Assembly: GCA_963693365.1 (NCBI GenBank)
Contig: CAVNZM010000017.1
Span: forward strand, 659,989 to 723,988
From: Amoebidium appalachense
Lineage: Eukaryota; Protista; Ichthyosporea
Reading direction: 5' to 3'
Length of the DNA stretch: 64,000 nt
The notes under the pieces were generated by a model. That model had not been told where the DNA came from, ran no database searches, and saw only the letters and a program-made list of their open reading frames with translations. The first letter of the stretch is position 1. Each line of letters opens with the position of its first letter. Positions 30,988-43,495 of this stretch are shown in pieces. Made by a program: the position numbers and the translations under genes.

Positions 30988-32697
30988 GGAAAGGGGCTGC
31001 GAGATAGTTTCATGAGCATCATCAGTGATTGGCTGCAGGGCCGAGGCGGGCTTTTAGGCCAATCATTGGGCAGCATGGCACACGAGTTCCATGGGCACAC
31101 ACGGGGCCCCTCTCAGCAGGGCCTTTCTTTACCAGTTCGGCCTTTCCTAACAACATCTGTGCGGCATCTACTCAGCCCTTAGTAGTTAATGAGTTGGAAA
31201 AATGTCCGCCCTCGACGGGGAGGACGGCCGTACCAGGCTCGCTAGTGCTTTCGATTTTATGGGCCAAGTGGAGAAAGCTGCAAAAAAAATAAAGAATGAT
31301 TTTTCTGCAAAGATTGATGGTGCTGTCGATGAGTTCAAACAGGAATTAATTTCCACCCTTTTACCCAAAACAACCAATACCAATGCCACGGGGGCTTTAG
31401 CCGACCCCCCCCTACACACAAGCACACCCTACACAAACACTCGCACAGACACAGCAGCCAGCCCTGCTGCAGGGCCCCCGGCAGCGGGTAGTGAGACAGT
31501 TCCCAGGCCAAACACCGTTTCCTCCTCCACCACCAAGAAGGTGAGCATTTATCAGATAACGACGACACGCATAAAACAACGCGACCAGAACGGAAAAGTC
31601 AAAGGGTACATTCACTTGGAAAAAGGAGCAGAGGAAGTAGTTAGAATTGAGCGAATTGAGAAAAGCGCTTATGAGTGTGTTTATGCGAAACAGGGGTGCA
31701 CGTTCAAAACAAACCACGGCCCGGCCATGACTGGGCACGAGAAGCACTGCAAGTGCAAAACGACCAGCGATCGACTTAAGCGAATGTTTGCGTCTGTCCA
31801 GTCCAAGCGGTCGGACAATACCACCAGCCAAGTAAAGCGAATGCGCTACGACATTCAGGTGCCCCAGATCATATTTACTGACTATGACGAAGAACTAGCC
31901 TCTAAGCGGACCACTAACCGTGCCCAGTTGGACGCGGAGCGTGCTTCTATTGTAGAGCCAGGCAGGAAACGAAAACCAGCTCCAGGGAAGGTAGCTAAAC
32001 CAAGCAAGTCAAAGGGTAAAGGGGAAAGTGTTCCCGCACGAGCGAGCGACAGTGCCTCTGGTCCTGTGAAACCGGTAGACGGGCGGAAAGATAACCAAGG
32101 GGCTAAGCGTCGCGAAGCTTACTCCATTGGTGAAAGGATGATGGTGGTTGAATCAGTATGGGAAGCCTCGGAGGACCTGGGTGGGGGGGACCAGAGGCAC
32201 CCCCATGCGGTCAACGTTGTGACGGAGCGGACAGGGATAAGTCGATCGAATATTGACAGGTGAGTTCTCCCTGAGCACTCTCGTGGTGTGCTTCTCAGGG
32301 GAGGGGAGGGGAGGGGGGGGGGGGGGAGGGGGGGGGGGGGGGGGGGGGGGGGGCAAGGGGTGGTAGGAAGGCAGTGGAGTTGGAGTTGGAGAGAGCAAGA
32401 AAGAGGGAAAGTTGGAGCTGGCTCTGGCTCTGAAATGGCTCTGCTGGCTCTGAAATCATAGTACGTAAAGTTTAAAACCTAGTTTTTCCTATAATAGCAT
32501 GCATGTTCAGAGAGCCTACTATGTGTCCGTCCATTTATATTGATATGGAGTTCCAACTGATAAGTTTTGTTGTAGCGTAGTTTGCTTGCTAGCCGTTGGT
32601 GGCTGCACAATAATGACACGTGCGCGTGTTTGAAGGCGCGCACACTGAAGAGTGTTGGTTGATATATATGGAACTACGTGTACACATGTGTACCCCC

Positions 32698-32728
<31 letters not shown>

Positions 32729-32835
32729 TATGATAGATTTAAGATTGTGTAGGCTAGGAGGCTAGGGGTCCAAAAATTAAGATTCTAGCCGGCTAGACCC
32801 GAAATTCAAGTGATCTTAATTTTGGGTGACCCCTG
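30683..32835 (+). mobile_element. Tc1/mariner-superfamily (pogo-like) non-autonomous DNA transposon, copy 1
   Basis: Imperfect ~24-bp TIRs CAGGGGTC(GACT/ACCC)AAAWTTAAGAT; TA target duplication; subterminal TTAAGATT repeats; empty site at 17263-17264. Confidence 0.9.
31202..32263 (+). CDS. Truncated transposase-like ORF (353 aa) with a C2HC zinc finger and a pogo/Brinker-like HTH; no DDE domain
   Basis: YECVYAKQGCTFKTNHGPAMTGHEKHC and KRREAYSIGERMMVVE...VTERTGISRSNIDR. The ORF ends at a perfect AG|GTGAGT donor. Confidence 0.65.
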   Translation: MSALDGEDGRTRLASAFDFMGQVEKAAKKIKNDFSAKIDGAVDEFKQELISTLLPKTTNTNATGALADPPLHTSTPYTNTRTDTAASPAAGPPAAGSETVPRPNTVSSSTTKKVSIYQITTTRIKQRDQNGKVKGYIHLEKGAEEVVRIERIEKSAYECVYAKQGCTFKTNHGPAMTGHEKHCKCKTTSDRLKRMFASVQSKRSDNTTSQVKRMRYDIQVPQIIFTDYDEELASKRTTNRAQLDAERASIVEPGRKRKPAPGKVAKPSKSKGKGESVPARASDSASGPVKPVDGRKDNQGAKRREAYSIGERMMVVESVWEASEDLGGGDQRHPHAVNVVTERTGISRSNIDR

Positions 32836-33659
32836 TATCAGGAGCGGGCAATTTTTGAATTCTCCCTCCCCGCCGGGGAAAATTTGAGGTTTTTGGACCT
32901 CAAAGAAGTCAAATCCTGCAAAATCCACTATAGCTACCGGGAGCCCAAAAAGGGTGATTTCACAAAAAAGCAGGGTCATACATGAAAAAGAGAAAATGGG
33001 CGAGTTCAGACTGCCAATAAGTATATTTCGTGCTGGGCCGGTATACATGCTGCCGTGGTTGTTGCTGTAGACGGCAGTATGGCATTGCATGTGTCACGTG
33101 ACCTGCACGTGAATGCGACCATGTGCAGGCACTGAGTCTAGGGGGATTTGTGTGTGTGTTTTGGAGCACCGACAAGAGCCAGGGTGAGGGATGTGTAAAC
33201 ATGGAGTTTAGGGAGATCGTGCTGCTATTGTAACATGTGCACAAAACAGCCACGTGCACCACACTCCGGTGTACAGAACAATAATATGCACATGCGTCAC
33301 TGTAATATCATGTATGCGCATGCCGCACAAGGTTTAGGAGACCACCACAGTAGATACTATTTTCTTTTGGTTGCAGTTGTCATGATCAGCCTGAGGCAGG
33401 CACGTGCACTCACTGAATTACTAGAACTCATGAATAAAAAATACATTCGCTAAAAATGGCAAGGTAAATTTGGGGCCAAGCTATTATTTCCCCCTTTTAA
33501 ACGTTTTTTTAGCTCCAAGAACTTCGACGCCAAAATTTCTATATTTGGCCATCGTATATGATAATGAACACGTGTACTTAAAGTAGTTATATAAATATGA
33601 GCGGCCCGTTACAAATACAGTGACGAAAAACAGTGACCCACGAGCAGTTTTTCTTTCTA

Positions 33660-33715
<56 letters not shown>

Positions 33716-33783
33716 ACACACACACCCCAGACACACACACCACCACCACGGTGACCACCACCACCACCACCACCACCACTCAC

Positions 33784-34756
<973 letters not shown>

Positions 34757-35474
34757 TCCCCACTCAAGGGGTTGAAGTTTGTGTTCTCGTGTCTGTTGAT
34801 GTGACGGTAGATGAGGTCCAAACACAGGAGGGGCCGTCACACTCAAGTTTCCCCACTCGAGGATGCAAACCGAAGATCCTTGAGGTGGGAAGGAGAGTAT
34901 CAAAACTGAAGAGGCACACAACGACGGTTGCCTCTGAAGACTCGAAATAAGAAATCATGGTGGTTATCGTCGATATATATATATATATAGGAAACACTAG
35001 TGTATGTGTGACGTGTTGGTGGCTAATGGTTTATACTGGGGACCACCCAGGTAAACACAAGGCATGAACATCTTGTGGACTGATTTATAGACTGGTGGTC
35101 AACCAGTTAAGACACGGGGAAGGTGCATCCCGTGGACTAGGTTTAGACTGGCAGTCAACCAGCACGCCATGGCTATAGATAATTATTTATACTGGGACGC
35201 CATCCCAGTTCGACATATATATAAGTCGAATATAGAAGAAAACCAATATATATGGTGGGATATGAACATAAATAAATGACGGATGGGGGAGAATAATCCC
35301 CACTGAAGATGCACACATATGACGATGTAAGACTGAGTCCCCACTGATGAAGAGAAACGATGAGGAGTAGTAGACTTTCGTTGGGAGGCATCTTGATCAC
35401 CGTAGGTGTGTCAACTGCTGTCCAGGGCCCCAACCTACTCAGAAACCACTCGATGATGAACACCAGTGCACAGG

Positions 35475-36729
35475 TCAGTCACGGAGACTGAGGTTGGCAC
35501 GGTGTGTGTCGTGGGCCGGACCAGCCAGAGGCTTGGTGAAGATGTCGGCCAGGTTCTTCTTGGTGTCGATGTAGGTGACAGTGACGTCCCCACTGTTGAT
35601 GTAGTCCTTGGTGTTGAAGTAACGAACGGCAATGTGCTTGGTCCGGTGCTTGATGGTGTTGGAGTGGACCAGAGCAATGGTGGACTGATTGTCACAGTAC
35701 ACGGGGGTGGGCTCGGTCATGGGGTAGCCCAGCTCCTTTAGTAGATCACGGTGCCAGACAACGTCTTGCACGGCAGCATTGAGGGCCAGGAGCTCGGCCT
35801 CACAGGTGGAAGTTGCAGTGATCGTCTGCAGCTTGGAGTGGTAGGTGACGGGGGAGCCTTCGAGGAGGATGACGTACCCAGACGTGGAACGACGGGTGGT
35901 GGGGCAACCAGCAAAGTCAGAATCCGAGTAGCACTCAAGGATGGGCACCTTGCTGTTGGGGGCCTTCTTCTTGTAGTAGAGGCCGAGGTTGATGGTGCCG
36001 AGCAGGTAACGAACGACACGGAGGAGAAGCTCCCAGGCAGTCTTGGTGGGCTTGGAGCTGAATCGGCCGAGGTAGCCAATGGCATACGAGATGTCAGGCC
36101 GGGAGCACCGAGCAACCCACAGCAGACGGCCGAGGAGTTCACGGTAGGGGACGGTGGTGGGCAGGGATGAGAGGGAGGTCTCGTTGATGATGGTGCCCAC
36201 GGGAATAGGGGTGGCCTTAGGCTTGGCATCGACCAGGTTGAAGTCGGTGATGATGTCCTTGATGTAGGAGGACTGCAGCAGCTTGAGGGAGTCACGGGTG
36301 TACAGCAGTTGGGTGCCGAGGAAGATGTCTGGCAGACCGACCTTGCACTCGGCAGACTTCGTGATGTGACGAACAAGCCCCTGCATGATGGTGGAGTTCC
36401 GTGTGCAGGTGATGATGGCATCATCAACGTAGTTGCCCGAACGGATGATGTGCCCGTTGGGGAACTGACGGAAGTAGACACACGGATCGGAACGGAGACG
36501 GGTGAGGCCGTGGGCAATGAGAATGGAGTTGAAGAACTCGTACCATGCCAGGGATGCCTGCTTGAGTCCGTAGAGGGCCTTCTTGAGTTTCCAGACTTTG
36601 TGTTCATTGCCAGGGAGGATAAAACCAGGAGGTTGCTCCATGTACAAAGTCTCATCGAGGGGGCTGTTGAGGAAGACCGTGCTGATGTCGAGTTGATGGA
36701 TCTCGTGGTCCTGTTGCACACCGAGGGCA
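35475..36729 (-). pseudogene. Copia A1 pol, C-terminal part (RT and RNase H)
   Basis: QLDISTVFLN, KLKKALYGLKQA, NYVDD, YSDSDFAG, EAELLAL, DNQS, KHIAVRY, LADIFTKPL. Joins ..VRALL|ALGVQQD across the B insertion. Confidence 0.93.
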
Positions 36730-36734
36730 AGCAG

Positions 36735-39700
36735 TGTTATAATACGTAGTATTTACATATTGTAAGATCTTCTCAGTTCGTGTTATGTTTTCATTCATTT
36801 ACTTAATGAAAAAGATGTGCTCCTTGTACGTAAATTATGACATCGATCTCCAGTGTATTTGAGTACTTGTAATCGTGTTGTGTCGGCTATATTCGTGTGT
36901 TTAGATATCGATTACAGCAACTGATTATAGGTACACGAGTCTACCCAGTGAGGGAGAAACGTGTACATGTTATGTGTACATGAATATCTTCGGTTATAAC
37001 TGTGTTTTGATGTTCGTGTTTTCTGTCCTGCTTTCTTTTCTTTTTCCTCTTTCTTCTTCTTTCTTTTCTCTTTCTTTCTTCTCTTGTTTCCTTTCACATA
37101 ATTATATTTCTCTCTCACTAATATACGTTGAGTAGATTTATATTACTCGTTATGTTTTGATTGGTAGAAAAACACTTAGGTTACACTTTAGCTTGTCAGG
37201 TATGATTCATAGCTTAGTCAACCACTTTTGTTTTGTGTGTTGCCGTACTATATCCAATCAGTGGACTTAGTCAGAAAATGTCTGAGTCTTTGTAGCCGAT
37301 GATAGGTTAGAAACATCACCTCTTTCCTCGTTACTCTTCACCTCTTTTCTTTCTTATAGCTGTGACCTATGGTGTGCGTTCCTGTGTCTCCGGATCTATC
37401 CGGGAAATAATCAGTTAATTGTGATTGGTTATTTTAGACATAGATCTGATTTCCGACTGGTCGGAAATCATGTATGGATTTAACTTAAGGGAATTTCAGG
37501 TATTTATTAGCGATCAAAATAAATTGAGTTCAGTCGTGTCTAAACATTGATGTCTGTTGTGTACACTTCTCCGATCGCTCCGTGTTTTGTTGTTGTGTGT
37601 GTCTGTGGTGTTTTCACACTGCACCACTGTGTCTCTACTTACATCCCAAATACTTATACAATTTAACAGGTTATGCAGCCCTTTTGCACGCTCCCTACAC
37701 ACATCTAGAACTCGCGCTCGTTTTTCAATCATGGATCCAAACAAAACTGGCGTAAACAAAATCACCATGTGGAAAGGTGAAGGGAAGACTGGTCCCGATA
37801 GCAAAACCACCTATTTTCAATGGGAAATCATTTTTCTCGGCATGATGACCGGCACCAAAGGTGTCCGACTCGTGGATGTTGTACTTGCTGACAACTACGT
37901 CCCCCCCACCACCGTCGCGGTTGACGGTGAACCCCCCTTCTATGGCTACGGCACTACCGCGGAACTCAAGGAGGCCCGCAATTGCCTCCTGCTCCATATG
38001 ATACAGAACATCGACCCTTCCGTCCTCACCACCGTTGCCCAGTACCGTATTGGCATGGACCCTGAACGGGCCATGTGGAAATTCCGTCAACACTATCTCC
38101 AAGGCAAACCCGATCAGATCCGCATCCTTCACCGTCAGTGGGATGCCTGTGCCCTTCAGCCCGGTGAATCATTCACCACCTACCTGAGCCGTCTGCAGAC
38201 CATCGTGAACCAGCTCCAGTCTCTCCAAGATGAGTCCATTCACTTCACTCGTCTAGCTGAGAAGTTCTTCAATGAACTCACCACCAGAGACGACCTCACC
38301 CCTGAGTTCAACCGTCTTATCGAAGACTATCACTTCGGTGATAAGCTATTCCCCGACTTCGAGTCCCTCCACAACCACGTCAAGGGCATCGAGTTACGTC
38401 AAGACCTCAAGATGCAACTCCGGAACAACCGCGCCCACCGTGCCTCCAAGTCCAGCATGGCATTAAATGCCAGTGCTCCCCCCCCGTGATCTTCCTCGCC
38501 GTGACTTACGCACCCGACTTGACCGTACCTCTGGCACGGACCTCCGAACTCGTCTCTCCCGTCAGCACACCCGATCCCGTTCCCCCCACCGGCCTGCCTT
38601 CCGGTCCACGTCTCGTTCCCCCAGCCGTTCCCGTTTCTCGGGTTCCCGTCGTTCTGATTCCCCGGCTCGTTCTAACACCCCGTCCGTGAAAGCATGCTCC
38701 TACTGCCACGAGCCTGATCACACGATCATCGATTGCCCTGAGCCGAAATGCCGTATGTCCAGACACAACCGTTCCCGTCAAGGCAGTGAGAAATCTGTCT
38801 CCTTTGCTTTCTCGGCATACAATGCTAGCTCCGTCCCCGTGTCCTCCGACCCTGCCTGGGATTCCGGGTGCAACATGACTGTCTGCCCCACCCGTGAGTT
38901 CTTCCATGACCTCACTCCACTTCCGACACCGACTCCCGTTGCTGCCTTCAATGGCACCCCCGTCTTGGCCACTCACACCGGCCATATCGTCATCAACACC
39001 ACCACCGACCATGGCACTGCCACCCTTACCATTGAAGCCTACTATACCCCGTCTGGCCAAGCCTTCCTCATTTCAACATCCCAAGCTGCTGCCGAATACA
39101 TCAAGGGTGATTTGAACGATGTCTCCACTCCGTCATTCCTCTTCGACCGACTTACCGGCCGTCATCTCGTCAACCTCCGTCTACACAACGGTCTGTATTA
39201 CTTCAAGGACTACACCATTCAACCACCCACTCGTCCTGTGGCTCTGGCTGCCACTACCAGTGTTAACCCATCCATCTGGCACCATCGTCTGGGGCACCGT
39301 GCTATGACCAGCATCAAGGACATGGTGAAACACGACCTTGTTCTTGGTCTCCCCTCCTCTGTCCTCGACTGTGATGTTCCTGATTGTCATGGCTGCATTA
39401 TGGGTAAAACCACCAAGGCTCCGTTCAAGGGTGACCGTCCTCACTCCAACATCCCCGGTCATGAATGGCATTGGGATTTTTTTGAGCCTACCACAACATC
39501 GTACGGAGGTTCCAAGGTTGCTCTCGTCACTGTCTGCCGTGCCTCTGGCCTCGTCAAGATCTACCCGATGGCCGACCGTACCACCACCCTGGACATTCTC
39601 ACAGCTCACACCAACCTCGTTGCCACCCATGCCCCCTCCAAAGTTGGTGTCTACCACTTCGACTCCGGCTCTGAGTTCACCTCCAAGGCTACCCGTGCTT

Positions 39701-42700
39701 TTTGCCTCTCCCAGGGCATCAAGGCCAGCTATGCTCCGGTGGACTGCCCTCAACTGAACGGCTATGTTGAACGTCGTATGCGGTTCCTCCAAGAGATTGT
39801 CCGTTGCCTCCTCCATCAAGTCCAAGATCAGTCTCTGTCCCCCAAACTGTGGGCTGAGGCCCTCCAACATGCCGCCTACATCATCAACGTCACCCCGTCC
39901 ACGACTGCCAATGGTCGTACACCATTCGAGGTTTTCTACGGTGTCAAGCCCGACATCTCCGAACTCAAAGTGTTCGGTTGCCCTGCCTACACTCACGTGC
40001 CAGCCTCTAAACGGAACAAGCTGGCCCCCACTGTCAAACTCGGCATGTATATCGGCTATGATCTTCAATCACACTGCCACCGGATCTTCAATTCCACCAC
40101 CCATCGTGTCGGCCTCTTCCGTGACGTGATTTTCGACGAATCAGCTTATCTCCCGTCCGACATTCCATCAACACTTCCGACCCCCGACACCACTGCTCCC
40201 TCGACCACCCCACCTCCCACAGTTGCCACTGAAGATGATGTTTGTCTGGTGTACTCTGGCCCCCCTCCTGCCATTGTAGTTCCCCCGACACCCCCCCCCC
40301 ACCGGCCCCCCTGCCCCCGTGCCCGTCCAGCCTGCCGACCCTCATCCTGCCCCTGGCAACGTCACACCCATCCGACCCGGCTCCCCCGACAACTTCCACT
40401 CGGCCCCGTCCAGCCCGGAGGTTGCCCCCCCTGCACTTCCGAACTTCCAAGTTCCCCCCCCACCGTCTCCACCTACCCCGGTTCCTGCACCCCGTCGTTC
40501 TGCCCGTCTACAGGGCAAGGTTGGACTTCAAGCCACCACCACCCTCCCAGTCCCCCCCGGTCCCCCCATCAACATCGACCAACTACCCAAACTTGTCCGT
40601 CAACTGTGTTCCGGACCCAATGGTGACCAGGTCAAGTCAGCCCTGACTGCTGAATATCAAGCCTTCGTCGACAAAGACATCTTTGAACTTGTTGACCCTC
40701 CCCCTGGTGCTAACATCGTCGGCTTCAAGTGGATTGTCTCCGAGAAAACTCTCAACTCGGCTGGTGACACCAAGATCAAGGCACGTGGTGTTGCTCAAGG
40801 CTTCAGTCAGCAATACGGTGTTGACTATGAGTTGATTGAGAGCCCTGTCATCCGTCCGGCTGCTCTCCGTGCCATCCTAGCTCTGGCCGTTGTTGAAGGT
40901 CATGACATCCATCAACTCGACGTGTCTACGGCCTTTCTCAACAGCCCACTCACCGAGACCATCTACATGAAACAACCCCCGGGATTCATCACCATGGCCA
41001 CACTTGGCAAGGTCTGGAGACTCAAGAAAGCCCTGTACGGCCTCAAGCAAGCCTCCAAGGCTTGGTACGACTTCCTCGACGGCATTCTTCTTGCCCATGG
41101 CCTGACCCGTACTAAGACCGACCCGTGCATCTACCTCCGGTTCTTCCCCAACAACGATGTGGTTCGGGCTGGTAACTACGTCGACGACTCCACCATCACC
41201 AACACCCGGGGTTCTACTGCTGCCAGTGACCTGGCTGCCCACATCAGCAAGATGGCCAGCTGTCGTATGAGTCCATTTGACCGTATGCTCGGTGTTGATT
41301 TTAATCACTCTGATCCCCACCACCTCCACATGCACCAGAGGTCTTACATCATGGATATCATCCACGACTTCAACCTCACCGATGCCAAGTCCAAGTCTAC
41401 CCCCATCCCTGCAGGCACCACCGTCTCCCTGGCTGACTGCCCCCCCCAACCGTTCACCGTGCCCTACCGTGAGTTACTCGGCCGTCTCCTCTGGGTGGCA
41501 TGGTGCACACGTCCCGACATTGCCTATGCCATCGGCTTCCTTGGTCGGTTCAGCACCAACCCCGGCAAGACTCACTGGGACCTTCTCCGTCGTGTGGCCC
41601 GGTACCTGCTCGGCACCATTGACCTTGGCATTGACTACAAGTACTCGGCCACCCAGTCCCCCATACTCGAATGCTACACGGATGCTGACTTTGCTGGTTG
41701 TGCCGACAGCAAGAAGTCTACCACCGGCTACATTATCGTGTTTGCTGGTATGCCCATCATCTGGTACTCCAAGCTCCAGCCCATCACGGCCACCAGCACC
41801 ACTGAAGCTGAGCTGATTGCTCTCAATGCTGGCACCCAAGAAGTTGCTTGGGTCCGTGACCTCTTCAAGGAACTCGGCTGTCCCATGCTTGCTCCGACTC
41901 CGGTGTACTGTGACAACCAGTCGACCATTGCCATCGTCAACTCCACCGGCATCAAGCACCGTACCAAACACATTGCCGTCCGGTATCACAACACCAAGGA
42001 CTACATTGCCAGTGGGGACGTGGTTGTCCACTACGTTGAGTCAGCCCACAACTTAGCTGACATCCTCACCAAACCCCTCCCCGGCCCGAGTCATGTCCAC
42101 CATCGTGCTCGACTTTGTTTACCGGATATTGTGGATTGACCCGACCTACTTCAAGAGTGCTTTTCTCATGTTTACTACTTACTTTATCATCATCATTATT
42201 TCATATGTATTGCCTTTGTGGGTATGCCCACTTAGGGTTTATATATAAGGTTTGACCTGTACCATCACTCTACTCTATCTTTCACTGGTTTAAAACCCAG
42301 TTAAACAAACCCCGACTATACACGTTATATATATTTGTTCTTTTTGCCCCGGTTCCTCCCCCCCCCCCCCCCCCCCCCCCCTTCCCCCCCCCCTTCCCCC
42401 CCCCCCCCCCCCCTTCCCCCCCTTCTCCCCCCCCCCCCCCCCCCCGGGAAAAGTCCAAACTTTAATTTTTTTTTTTCCGTTTCTGTTCTCAAGTGGGGAG
42501 ATTTCACTAGTTCAGTGGGGATATGATAACACAAACTTCAAAGTCTTAAGTGGGGATGTTATAATACGTAGTATTTACATATTGTAAGATCTTCTCAGTT
42601 CGTGTTATGTTTTCATTCATTTACTTAATGAAAAAGATGTGCTCCTTGTACGTAAATTATGACATCGATCTCCAGTGTATTTGAGTACTTGTAATCGTGT

Positions 42701-43490
42701 TGTGTCGGCTATATTCGTGTGTTTAGATATCGATTACAGCAACTGATTATAGGTACACGAGTCTACCCAGTGAGGGAGAAACGTGTACATGTTATGTGTG
42801 TATGAATATCTTCGGTTATAACTGTGTTTTGATGTTCGTGTTTTCTGTCCTGCTTTCTTTTCTTTTTCCTCTTTCTTCTTCTTTCTTTTCTCTTTCTTTC
42901 TTCTCTTGTTTCCTTTCACATAATTATATTTCTCTCTCACTAATATACGTTGAGTAGATTTATATTACTCGTTATGTTTTGATTGGTAGAAAAACACTTA
43001 GGTTACACTTTAGCTTGTCAGGTATGATTCATTGCTTAGTCAACCACTTTTGTTTTGTGTGTTGCCGTACTATATCCAATCAGTGGACTTAGTCAGAAAA
43101 TGTCTGAGTCTTTGTAGCCGATGATAGGTTAGAAACATCGCCTCTTTCCTCGTTACTCTTCACCTCTTTTCTTTCTTATAGCTGTGACCTATGGTGTGCG
43201 TTCCTGTGTCTCCGGATCTATCCGGGAAATAATCAGTTAATTGTGATTGGTTATTTTAGACATAGATCTGATTTCCGACTGGTCGGAAATCATGTATGGA
43301 TTTAACTTAAGGGAATTTCAGGTATTTATTAGCGATCAAAATAAATTGAGTTCAGTCGTGTCTAAACATTGATGTCTGTTGTGTACACTTCTCCGGTCGC
43401 TCCGTGTTTTGTTGTTGTGTGTGTCTGTGGTGTTTTCACACTGCACCACTGTGTCTCTACTTACATCCCAAATACTTATACAATTTAACA
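36735..43490 (+). mobile_element. Ty1/copia LTR retrotransposon family B, nested antisense in the RT of A1
   Basis: 934-bp LTRs 36735-37668 and 42557-43490 (TGTTA..TAACA); 5-bp TSD AGCAG; PBS GGTTATGCAGCCC at 37669; PPT AAGTGGGGA before 42557. Confidence 0.97.
37731..42139 (+). CDS. Copia B gag-pol polyprotein, with two frame changes in C homopolymers (~38480 and ~40300)
   Basis: Gag from MDPNKTG; zinc knuckle CSYCHEPDHTIIDC; protease WDSGC; WHHRLGH..CHGC; integrase WHWD/FDSGSEF/NGYVER; RT LDVSTAFLN, YGLKQA, YVDD; RNase H YTDADFAG..LADILTKPL. Confidence 0.92.
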
Positions 43491-43495
43491 AGCAG

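Noticed and set aside
38467-38489. Programmed gag/pol frameshift in element B
   Set aside because: It lies in a C8 run upstream of the gag zinc knuckle, and related A1 reads through this region in one frame. An error or mutation is more likely.
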